64,000 nt of DNA from Candidatus Kaiserbacteria bacterium (lineage in GTDB: Bacteria > Patescibacteriota > Minisyncoccia > Phycocordibacterales > Phycocordibacteraceae): the NCBI GenBank assembly GCA_029288835.1, contig JARIGN010000004.1, forward strand, positions 22,313 to 86,312, in the 5' to 3' direction. The position numbers were made by a program, and so were the translations under genes. Positions 51,978-60,240 of this stretch are shown here, one piece after another; positions within the stretch are counted from its first letter, which is position 1; each line of letters starts with the position of its first letter. A model generated the notes under the pieces. That model did no database searches. It saw only the letters and a program-made list of their open reading frames with translations, and was not told where the DNA came from.

Positions 51978-53057
51978 ATGCAGGAAAAGATACGAGCAAT
52001 TGTCGAGAAGGCAGTATGGGCGCCTTCGGGAGACAATTCACAACCATGGGAATTTTCGTTCGTGGATGAATCAACGCTCCAGGTGCATCTCATTCCCCAC
52101 AAGGATAATAAAATACTTAATTATAAGTTGAGTGGCACGTATGTTGCTCATGGCGCATTGATTGAAAACATAGTACTTCTGGCGGGGAAAGAAGGCCTTA
52201 CTGCTTCCGTCATGCTTTTACCCGTTTCTGATGATCCATTGATTACCGCGCAGATTACTTTTAAGGAAAGTGCTTCATCCTCTAACCTTCCAGATCCGCT
52301 TGCTGAGGCAATCCCTGCACGACATACCAACAGGAAGCAGTATGAGCCAAAGCAGCTTTCTGAAGAGGCTCGAGCAAGTATCACTAAGGCTGCTGCAGCT
52401 GCTTCAGATGAAATCACTTTTCATGTACTAGAAGACAAGAAACGTATAAAAAAAGCAGCCTATGCAGAATCCCTGATACAAAAGATTGCTCTTGAGACTC
52501 CCACTCTGCATTCAATTTTCTTTTCTAATATCTTATGGAAGGAAAAGGATAATACCGGAGAGAAACAGGGTCTCTCTCTAAAAAGTATGGAACTTCCTCC
52601 ACCAGTAGAAAAACTTTTTCCGTTGCTTTCCCACTGGCCAGTCACGAAAGCATTTAACAAAATTGGGTTTTCTGCTATGGCCTCAAAAACAAATGGCGAC
52701 CTTTTTGCCTCATCACCCGCCATAGGGCTTGTTTGCGTACGGAAAGAGGAGCCTGTGCAGTACCTTGAAGCGGGCAGGGTATTTGAGCGTGTGTGGCTAG
52801 CGGCGACCGCACAAGGCGTTTCCTTTCAACCCATTAGTGGCTTACTTTTTGTAGCACGAAGGCTTGCTGCAGGGGAGACTGACGCATTAGACTCAAAGCA
52901 TTTTGATGAAATTTCACTAGCGGCGAATGACATTGCCCAAGCTTTCTCTTTGACTAATGGAGAGATACCGCTGATGATGTGTAGGATGGGATACAGCGCC
53001 GCAGCTACGAGCCGATCAAAGAGAGCTGCTCCCGTTTTCCGCACTAGCCATGCTTAG
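51978..53057 (+). CDS. Tandem nitroreductase-fold flavoprotein (Acg/TyzC/OxzB C-terminal-like)
   Basis: AVWAPSGDNSQPWEF, HGALIENI, IPARHTNRKQY, AGRVFERVWLAAT, RMGY, SRSKR. Confidence 0.88.
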   Translation: MQEKIRAIVEKAVWAPSGDNSQPWEFSFVDESTLQVHLIPHKDNKILNYKLSGTYVAHGALIENIVLLAGKEGLTASVMLLPVSDDPLITAQITFKESASSSNLPDPLAEAIPARHTNRKQYEPKQLSEEARASITKAAAAASDEITFHVLEDKKRIKKAAYAESLIQKIALETPTLHSIFFSNILWKEKDNTGEKQGLSLKSMELPPPVEKLFPLLSHWPVTKAFNKIGFSAMASKTNGDLFASSPAIGLVCVRKEEPVQYLEAGRVFERVWLAATAQGVSFQPISGLLFVARRLAAGETDALDSKHFDEISLAANDIAQAFSLTNGEIPLMMCRMGYSAAATSRSKRAAPVFRTSHA

Positions 53058-54687
53058 CACCTTACTTTATTTTCATAATATTGACCTTTTCGTTGTTGGG
53101 ATTACGGTCGCAGGTATCGCCGTCCTAGGCTTTACTGCCTATTTTAGTAACACAAAAAATGCTACGAATGTCTCTTTTTGGCTCTTCACCCTTTCTGCTG
53201 CACTTTGGAGCATTGTAAACTACCTTTTCTACCATATTGCAAACCCCTACCTTGCTTTTTGGATTATTCGCACTGTTATTTTCCTAGCAACGTGGTTTGT
53301 ATTTTTCCTTTTTCAATTTCTTCTCGTGTTTCCTGCAGAAAAGTATATTTTTCCAAAAAAATACCTTTATGGACTTCTACCTCTCACATGTTTCATATCA
53401 TTAATGACGCTTACACCGCTAGTCTTTAATAGTATCGGATCACTCAGCAATACGGGTGCCATCGAAACAATAAATAATGGACCTGGAATATTCTTTTTTG
53501 CCCTTTTTGTCACGTTCTTAATTTTTGGAGGATTGTGGATTTTCATTAAGAAAATGCGCTTAGCGCCTAAAAGTGAAAAGGGACAGTACCGATCAATTTT
53601 GTGGGGGCTTTTTGTTACGTTTTTGTTAATTATAAGCTTCAATCTCGTCTTACCCGCGTTTTACAACAATGCTTCCTTTATTTCCCTTGGTGCACTCTTC
53701 ATACTTCCAACAGTAGTTGCCGCTGGGTATGAAATTGCTAAATATCATTTATTCAGGGTAAAAGTCTTTGCGACGTCTCTCCTTATCTTTTTGCTTTCCA
53801 TTTCTATTCTCCTCGAAGTGCTTTCTTCAGCGACTCTTTTCCAGATCATATTCAGAAGCATGGAGTTTGTCCTGGTCCTTGCCATAGGTATTTTGCTCAT
53901 CCGAAGCGTGCTTCGTGAAGTAGAGCAGCGTGAGCATATACAGGAGCTTGCTAACCAGCTTGAGTTCGCGAACAACCAGCAAGTGGCGCTCATCCATTTC
54001 ATTACGCACCAAGTTAAAGGCTTTCTTACCAAATCCCGTAATGTGTTCTCGATGGCACTCGAAGGGGAGTTCGGTCCCATTCCTGATACCTTTAAGCCGA
54101 TACTCCAGATGGGGCTTGAATCGGACACGAAAGGCGTGAATACCGTCCAGGAAATACTGAATGCATCCAATATTAAAAGCGGCAAAATTACCTACTCAAT
54201 GCAGCTGTTTGATCTCGCCGCACTGCTTTCAGAAATTATTACAACCCTTAAGCCGAATGCCGATGCAAAAAAGCTTTCACTCAAGGTGACGCTTTCTGAA
54301 AATCCTTGCGAGATCCAGGGAGATCGCATGCAGCTTGAAAATGCCTTTAAGAATATTATTGATAATGCTATTAAGTATACCCCTGCGGGTGAGGTTGCCA
54401 TTTCCTTAACCAAGGAAGGGTCACTCGTACGCATTATTGAGCAAGATACAGGCGTCGGTATCACGCCAGAAGATATGGGCAAGCTCTTCACCGAGGGTGG
54501 CCATGGCAAGGAATCTGTAAAGGTAAATGTCGACAGTACCGGCTTTGGCCTCTATATTGTGAAAAATATTATCACTGCCCATAACGGAGAGATTTGGGCA
54601 GAATCCGAAGGGGCGGGGAAGGGATCCAAATTCACTATTGAGCTCCCTATCATGCAGCCCAATACTCCTACAGCAGTAAGCGCCTAG
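53050..54687 (+). CDS. Sensor histidine kinase with multi-TM (HisKA_7TM-like) N-terminal domain
   Basis: About 8 TM helices with NxSFxLF, FP and YEIAKYHLF motifs. H-box THQVKG, NIIDNAIKYT, DTGVGI, STGFGLY, GKGSKF. Confidence 0.92.
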   Translation: MLSTLLYFHNIDLFVVGITVAGIAVLGFTAYFSNTKNATNVSFWLFTLSAALWSIVNYLFYHIANPYLAFWIIRTVIFLATWFVFFLFQFLLVFPAEKYIFPKKYLYGLLPLTCFISLMTLTPLVFNSIGSLSNTGAIETINNGPGIFFFALFVTFLIFGGLWIFIKKMRLAPKSEKGQYRSILWGLFVTFLLIISFNLVLPAFYNNASFISLGALFILPTVVAAGYEIAKYHLFRVKVFATSLLIFLLSISILLEVLSSATLFQIIFRSMEFVLVLAIGILLIRSVLREVEQREHIQELANQLEFANNQQVALIHFITHQVKGFLTKSRNVFSMALEGEFGPIPDTFKPILQMGLESDTKGVNTVQEILNASNIKSGKITYSMQLFDLAALLSEIITTLKPNADAKKLSLKVTLSENPCEIQGDRMQLENAFKNIIDNAIKYTPAGEVAISLTKEGSLVRIIEQDTGVGITPEDMGKLFTEGGHGKESVKVNVDSTGFGLYIVKNIITAHNGEIWAESEGAGKGSKFTIELPIMQPNTPTAVSA

Positions 54688-54705
54688 TTCTGCTATACTC
54701 GACCT

Positions 54706-55965
54706 ATGGAAACAGCCGGAAACCTCCAAAAAGACTTGCTTGCACGCGGCCTTATCGAGCACCACTCCGCCGAGCTAGAGACTATCTTTGCGCAAAAGCG
54801 CACGGTGTACCTCGGGGTGGATCCCTCTGCAGACTCGATGCAGGCAGGGAATTTGGTCGTGATTCTTTTAATGAAGCGTCTTGCAGACGCAGGGCATAAG
54901 GTGATCTTCCTCGTGGGTGGAGGCACCGGCATGATCGGAGACCCGCGCGAAAGCGGCGAGCGCACCCTTGCGGATGCGAAGGTAATCGAGAAAAACAAGA
55001 AAGCCCTTAAGGCACAGTTCCAGCAGATCCTCGGCACGCGCATTCAGCTTGTGGACAACGCAGACTGGCTTTTGAAGGCGAAGCTTGTCGATTTTTTGCG
55101 TGACATTGGAAAGCACTTTACGGTGAACGAGCTCGTGAAGCGCGATATCATCCGCCGCAGGCTTGAAACCCCTGACGAAAGCATTTCATACACCGAGTTT
55201 GCCTACTCACTTTTGCAAGGCTTTGATTTTCTTGTGCTGAACCAAAAGTATGGCTGCAATATGCAAGTGGGTGCGAGTGACCAATGGACAAACATTCTTT
55301 CAGGCGTCGAGCTTATCCGCCGCAAGCTTGGCAAGGAAGCGTTTGCGCTCACCTGCCCGCTCGTAACGGACGCAAATGGCAAGAAGTTTGGCAAGTCAGA
55401 AGGGAATGCAGTGTGGCTGAGCGCACAGAAGACTTCGCCCTATGCCTTCTATCAGTTTTGGCTTAACCAGCCAGATGAGAAAGTGGAGCAGTACCTGAAG
55501 TTTTACACCTTTATGAGTGTGCGCGAGATAGAAGCGCTCGTGGAGCTGCATCGCCGTAACCCAGGCCGACGTGAAGCACAAAAGATGCTTGCGCTGCACG
55601 TAACGGAAATCGTGCATGGAAAGCAGGCTGCGGAAAACGCGCAAGCAGTTTCGGAAGTGCTCTTTGGTGGAAAGCCGCTTGCGGAACTCACCACAAAAGA
55701 GCTTATGCTTTTGGATCAAAACTCCACAACCCATGGAATTAAAAGCTCTGAAATAGAAGCCGGGTATCTTGTCTCAGACGCCCTCGTTGCAAGCGGCCTT
55801 GCCAACTCCAAATCTGATGCCCGAAGGCTTATAGAAGGGAAGGGAGTGTATCTAAATGACGAAAGGGTGGAGTCAGTTTCAGATCAGCTAACTCCATCAT
55901 CCTTTATTCAGAACCATGCAAAGCTAGCGAAAGGGTCACAAATAGTAATTCTTTTCATGAAATAA
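54706..55965 (+). CDS. tyrS: Tyrosine--tRNA ligase
   Basis: YLGVDPSADS, GMIGDP, EFAYSLLQGFDF, GASDQWTNI, KFGKS, C-terminal S4 domain. Confidence 0.97.
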   Translation: METAGNLQKDLLARGLIEHHSAELETIFAQKRTVYLGVDPSADSMQAGNLVVILLMKRLADAGHKVIFLVGGGTGMIGDPRESGERTLADAKVIEKNKKALKAQFQQILGTRIQLVDNADWLLKAKLVDFLRDIGKHFTVNELVKRDIIRRRLETPDESISYTEFAYSLLQGFDFLVLNQKYGCNMQVGASDQWTNILSGVELIRRKLGKEAFALTCPLVTDANGKKFGKSEGNAVWLSAQKTSPYAFYQFWLNQPDEKVEQYLKFYTFMSVREIEALVELHRRNPGRREAQKMLALHVTEIVHGKQAAENAQAVSEVLFGGKPLAELTTKELMLLDQNSTTHGIKSSEIEAGYLVSDALVASGLANSKSDARRLIEGKGVYLNDERVESVSDQLTPSSFIQNHAKLAKGSQIVILFMK

Positions 55966-56006
55966 GCAGAAGTGAGGCGCAAAGCTATTTGTGATAAGGT
56001 TACTAG

Positions 56007-56651
56007 ATGGCGTCAATACCTGATACACAACATTCGTATGCTATACAAATGTATGAGTCAGGTAACAGTGCTCAAGAAGTGGCAAATTACTATACCGTAA
56101 GCGTGGGAGCTGTCTTTTATATATTGAAGAAATATAAAATACCAAGGAGAAGTACGAGGGATTCGAATGCTATCAAGTATGATCGGGCAGCACCTTCGTT
56201 TATTCTCAAAGAAAACCTTACTCAGGATCAAAAAGAGTTAAAAACTATTGGAGTGATGCTGTATTGGGCTGAAGGGTATAAGATTGGAAAAAATACTATA
56301 GATTTCGCTAACTCAGACCCGTCAATGGTCGTTTTGTTCTGTAAATTTTTACGTCAGATATGTGGAATTACTGAATCTAAAATTCGTTGTTCTTTGTACT
56401 GTTATGACACCCAAGATTTAGCAGTACTTCATTCTTATTGGAGTTCGCTTCTTAGTGTTCCTCTAGCGCAGTTTACAAAACCCTTTATTAAAAAGGCTGA
56501 TGAAGACAGCAAAAGAGGGCCAAGAATGGTGCATGGCCTTGTGCATGTTCGATATTGTGATAAAAAGTTATTACGGCAGGTACTTAATTGGATTGCTGAA
56601 TATCAAATCGAAAGCGTCGGTGGCGGAGTGGTCAATCGCATTGGACTGTAA
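56007..56651 (+). CDS. HTH plus LAGLIDADG-like protein overlapping tRNA-Tyr
   Basis: N-terminal HTH-like segment (YESGNSAQEVANYY). GVMLYWAEG..FANSDP motif. AT-rich. Stop codon lies in the tRNA anticodon loop. Confidence 0.65.
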   Translation: MASIPDTQHSYAIQMYESGNSAQEVANYYTVSVGAVFYILKKYKIPRRSTRDSNAIKYDRAAPSFILKENLTQDQKELKTIGVMLYWAEGYKIGKNTIDFANSDPSMVVLFCKFLRQICGITESKIRCSLYCYDTQDLAVLHSYWSSLLSVPLAQFTKPFIKKADEDSKRGPRMVHGLVHVRYCDKKLLRQVLNWIAEYQIESVGGGVVNRIGL

Positions 56652-56700
56652 ATCCAACGACTTAATGTCTACGAAGGTTCGAATCCTTCCCGGCGCACCA
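56614..56700 (+). tRNA. tRNA-Tyr(GTA)
   Basis: Acceptor gcgtcgg/ccggcgc, anticodon arm ttgga-ctgtaaa-tccaa, long variable arm, ggttcgaatcc, encoded CCA. Confidence 0.95.
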
Positions 56701-56705
56701 AAAAG

Positions 56706-56728
56706 AAAACGGCCTTCTGGCCGTTTTA
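56706..56728. terminator. Bidirectional terminator
   Basis: aaaacggcc-ttct-ggccgtttt. Confidence 0.75.
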
Positions 56729-56732
56729 GTAG

Positions 56733-57335
56733 TTATGGATGCCTCGTTGAATAGTATATTTCGGGAACACCATAGGTTCTCATCAGCCACCCGAAAGTAA
56801 AGTGCTGTGATACCTTCGTTGACTTGTTTACACTGATCACTACAGTGTGTTCCGTTAGCACGCGTGGCTTCTTAGGATCCGAAAACTCGCGGATTAGATC
56901 GCGCCCTTCAGTCCTGCAGTAGCCACAGCACTTAAGGGTCTGGTTATACTCATGGTCAGGATCACTTTTCAACCACTCCGGCGCGTAATCGTCGATCTGC
57001 TTATCTGCATAGACGACGATCATGAGCAGCTCATACCCGTACTTTCTACACTCAGTAAAGTGATAGTTTTCACCACAGCGCCGAGGCCCCTCTTCTCCCG
57101 GAAAGGGCTTGAGGTTAGCCTGGTACAGGATTTTATACGCCCACTCGCAGGTATGAATTTCCTTGTAACGAACGAGCGCAGCAACACCAACGTGAAAGTG
57201 ACGATGACTTACGCCATATTCCCAAGCGTGCTCAGCGTATTCAAGTAAAATGAGCTTGATCTGCTCAAACGATTTAATTTTGATGAACACCCCTTCCGGG
57301 GTCTCAACCATTCGCTCCTTTCCAGGAGGACGCAT
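56733..57335 (-). CDS. Divergent cytidine deaminase-superfamily protein
   Basis: SHRHFHVGVAAL, AN, CGE and CCGYCR match the CDA pattern S..F.VGAA, C/HAE, PCGxCR. SD AAAGGAG. Confidence 0.65.
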   Translation of the reverse strand: MRPPGKERMVETPEGVFIKIKSFEQIKLILLEYAEHAWEYGVSHRHFHVGVAALVRYKEIHTCEWAYKILYQANLKPFPGEEGPRRCGENYHFTECRKYGYELLMIVVYADKQIDDYAPEWLKSDPDHEYNQTLKCCGYCRTEGRDLIREFSDPKKPRVLTEHTVVISVNKSTKVSQHFTFGWLMRTYGVPEIYYSTRHP

Positions 57336-57428
57336 GGCAAACTCCTTTCAGTTGCGGATAAATACTATACAATAAGCGTAATTTATATCAAGACGCTTGC
57401 TCTAATAACGGTATGCTATCGTATTTAC

Positions 57429-58412
57429 ATGTCTAGCCCATCCACAAAACCAGTGATGCTTTCGGGCATTAAGCCGACCGGTGAAATTCATCTCGGGAAT
57501 TATTTTGGGGCGATGCGTCAACTCGTCGAGCTCGCGAAGTCAGGGAAGTACCAGTCATTCATCATGGTGGCTGACTATCACGCGCTCAATTTCATCCAGA
57601 ATGCAAAAGAAATGCGCGAGCTGTCCCTCGACCTAGCCGCTGCATATATGGCGGTGGGTCTCACGCCGCAAAGCGGAAGCGGGGAAGACCGCGTCGTACT
57701 TTTCAAACAGTCAGACGTGCCTGCGCACACCGAGCTCACCTGGATCTTCGATACCCTCACCACCATGCCCTACCTCATGCGCGCACATGCCTTTAAGGAC
57801 GCTGAGGCAAAGAACCATGAGATAAGCGTGGGGACCTTTAACTACCCAATGCTCATGTCAGCAGACATTCTTTTGTATGACACCCAGCTCGTGCCGGTGG
57901 GGCAGGACCAGAAGCAGCATATAGAATATGCTCGTGATACTGCGGAAAAGTTTAACCGTGTCTTTGGCCAGGAAGTATTTACGCTTCCAAAAGAGCACAT
58001 CATGGAAGAGGTTGCTATCGTACCAGGCATCGATGGCCAGAAAATGAGCAAAAGCTATGGCAACACGATTCCGCTTTTTGCTTCACGCGAAGTCATTACC
58101 GAGCGCGTCATGAGTATAGTGACTGATTCCTCAGGAGAGCGCCCTGAAAATGTGTATGCAATTCACAAGCTTATTAAATCGGAAGCCGAGCTTGCGCCAA
58201 TCTATGAGGAGCACCGAGGAAAGTATAAAGCGCTCAAAGAGGCGCTTGTTGAAGATCTCGATGCGTTCATCGCGCCGCTTCGCACTACATACATCGAGCT
58301 TAAGGATAGTCCTGAAAAGATAACGGCAGCACTCGAGCGCGGTGCAGAGCAGGCGAGGGAAGTGACCAGTAAGAAGATGGCGGAGGTTAAAAAAGCCATT
58401 GGAGTAGCATAA
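57429..58412 (+). CDS. trpS: Tryptophan--tRNA ligase
   Basis: SGIKPTGEIHLGNYFG, YPMLMSADIL, VPVGQDQKQH, KMSKS. Confidence 0.97.
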   Translation: MSSPSTKPVMLSGIKPTGEIHLGNYFGAMRQLVELAKSGKYQSFIMVADYHALNFIQNAKEMRELSLDLAAAYMAVGLTPQSGSGEDRVVLFKQSDVPAHTELTWIFDTLTTMPYLMRAHAFKDAEAKNHEISVGTFNYPMLMSADILLYDTQLVPVGQDQKQHIEYARDTAEKFNRVFGQEVFTLPKEHIMEEVAIVPGIDGQKMSKSYGNTIPLFASREVITERVMSIVTDSSGERPENVYAIHKLIKSEAELAPIYEEHRGKYKALKEALVEDLDAFIAPLRTTYIELKDSPEKITAALERGAEQAREVTSKKMAEVKKAIGVA

Positions 58413-58449
58413 AAATAAAATAATTGTATAGTGCATACAGAAAGGAAAT

Positions 58450-58704
58450 ATGGAAATGCCGAAAAAACCACGACCTGCTGCAGTAGAAGCAGCACGGTAT
58501 CGAGAAGATACTGCTGCCCTAAGTGCGATGGGCAAGAAGGGTGCTGAAGCAGCAAACCGTGTAAAGGCTGGTAAGAAGTCTTTAGCGGAAGTTGAAGCCG
58601 CGCTTCGCGCTGAACGAGACGCTGCTGATCGGCGCGCCATGGACGAACAGGCAAACTACCATATTTTGGATCCAGACGGCAACCCTCCGTTAGGACAAGA
58701 GTGA
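58450..58704 (+). CDS. Small hydrophilic hypothetical protein with a KGG-like motif
   Basis: SD AAAGGA. LSAMGKKGAEA. Hairpin terminator follows. Confidence 0.6.
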   Translation: MEMPKKPRPAAVEAARYREDTAALSAMGKKGAEAANRVKAGKKSLAEVEAALRAERDAADRRAMDEQANYHILDPDGNPPLGQE

Positions 58705-58710
58705 ACTATA

Positions 58711-58750
58711 GCGCCCCGATGCTTTATACAAGCATCGGGGCGTGTTATTT
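58711..58750 (+). terminator. Hairpin or terminator
   Basis: cgccccgatgctt-tatac-aagcatcggggcg followed by T-rich tract. Confidence 0.7.
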
Positions 58751-58759
58751 TATATACAT

Positions 58760-60208
58760 ATGACATCTCGTACTGAGGGGGAACGATCTCGTGTTTTGAT
58801 AGGGGAGCTCGCACAGCATGCCGGAGAAACGGTCTCTATTGCTGGCTGGGTGGACGTGCGCCGTGATCAGGGAAAGCTTATCTTCTTTGATTTTCGTGAC
58901 CGCACCGGCATAGTCCAAGGAGTCGTGCTTCCGGCAAGGACAGAAGACGAGGCGCAAATAGCGCTTATGGAAACCGCAAAGGAAGTGCGGAATGAATACG
59001 TCGTGCAGGTAGAAGGGATCGTAAACAAGCGACCTGAAAAGAATGTGCAGGCTGACAAGCAGAATGGAGATATTGAGCTTGAGATAAAAAACATCGAGGT
59101 ACTAAACCCTGCCGAGACGCTTCCGTTTGACATTAGCACGGACACGAGCGGCATCGATGAGAGCGTGCGCCTCAAGTACCGCTACCTCGACTTGCGCTCT
59201 GAGCGTCTCCAGAAAAATATGCGCATGCGCAGTGAGTTCATCCAGAAGTGTCGTGAGTTTCTTTTTTCAAATGACTTCACGGAAATTGAAACGCCGCTCT
59301 TCACCGAATCAACTCCTGAAGGTTCTCGAGACTTTGTCGTGCCATCGCGTCTTAACCCAGGAAAGTTTTATGCACTTCCGCAGTCTCCACAGCAGTATAA
59401 GCAGCTCCTTATGACCGCTGGATTTGAGCGTTATTTCCAAACGGCGCGTGCCCTTCGCGACGAAGACCTTCGCGGTGATCGCGGCTTTGAGCACACGCAG
59501 ATAGACTTAGAAATGTCATTCGTGCAGATGGAAGAGGTGATGGAAATGGTGGAAGCGATGATCACCAAAACCGTCGAGAGCATGGGACTTACGATTAAAG
59601 AAAAACCCTTTCCGCGCATCTCATACAAGGATGCTATGGAAAAGTATGGCGCGGACAAGTTCGACCTTCGCACCGAAGAAGAAAAGGCACAAGGCATTCT
59701 CGCCTATGCATGGGTCGTTAATTTTCCTTTCTTTGAAAAGACCGATGAAGGCGGTTGGACCTTTACCCACAACCCGTTCTCGATGCCTATCCCCGAGCAC
59801 GTCGAGTGGCTGATGAAGGGCGAGCATATTGAAGATATCCTCACTACGCAGTATGACCTTGTGTGTAACGGGTATGAGTCAGGCGGCGGAAGCATCCGCG
59901 CGCACCGTCCAGAGATTTTGGAAGCCACGTATAAAGTGATGGGCTATACCGAAGAGCAGACCCAGGCAAGTGTCGGCCACATGCTTGAAGCGTTTAAATA
60001 TGGCACTCCGCCGCACGGCGGTATCGCGCTAGGCGTCGAGCGAAACCTCATGAACCTCACCGGCGAGTCATACCTGCGTGAAGTGCAGGCATTCCCGATG
60101 ACGCGCGGTGGGCAAACGGCCGTGATGAATGCGCCGAAGCCTCTTGCAGAGAAACAGCTAAAGGAGCTTGGCATTGAGATTGTTAAGAAGCCCGAAGGTC
60201 AGCAATAA
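58760..60208 (+). CDS. aspS: Aspartate--tRNA ligase lacking the GAD domain
   Basis: RRDQGKLIF, RLKYRYLDLR, PEGSRDF, YALPQSPQQYKQLLM, PPHGGIALG. Confidence 0.95.
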   Translation: MTSRTEGERSRVLIGELAQHAGETVSIAGWVDVRRDQGKLIFFDFRDRTGIVQGVVLPARTEDEAQIALMETAKEVRNEYVVQVEGIVNKRPEKNVQADKQNGDIELEIKNIEVLNPAETLPFDISTDTSGIDESVRLKYRYLDLRSERLQKNMRMRSEFIQKCREFLFSNDFTEIETPLFTESTPEGSRDFVVPSRLNPGKFYALPQSPQQYKQLLMTAGFERYFQTARALRDEDLRGDRGFEHTQIDLEMSFVQMEEVMEMVEAMITKTVESMGLTIKEKPFPRISYKDAMEKYGADKFDLRTEEEKAQGILAYAWVVNFPFFEKTDEGGWTFTHNPFSMPIPEHVEWLMKGEHIEDILTTQYDLVCNGYESGGGSIRAHRPEILEATYKVMGYTEEQTQASVGHMLEAFKYGTPPHGGIALGVERNLMNLTGESYLREVQAFPMTRGGQTAVMNAPKPLAEKQLKELGIEIVKKPEGQQ

Positions 60209-60240
60209 AAAATAAAATAAACGACATAGCCACTCATCCT

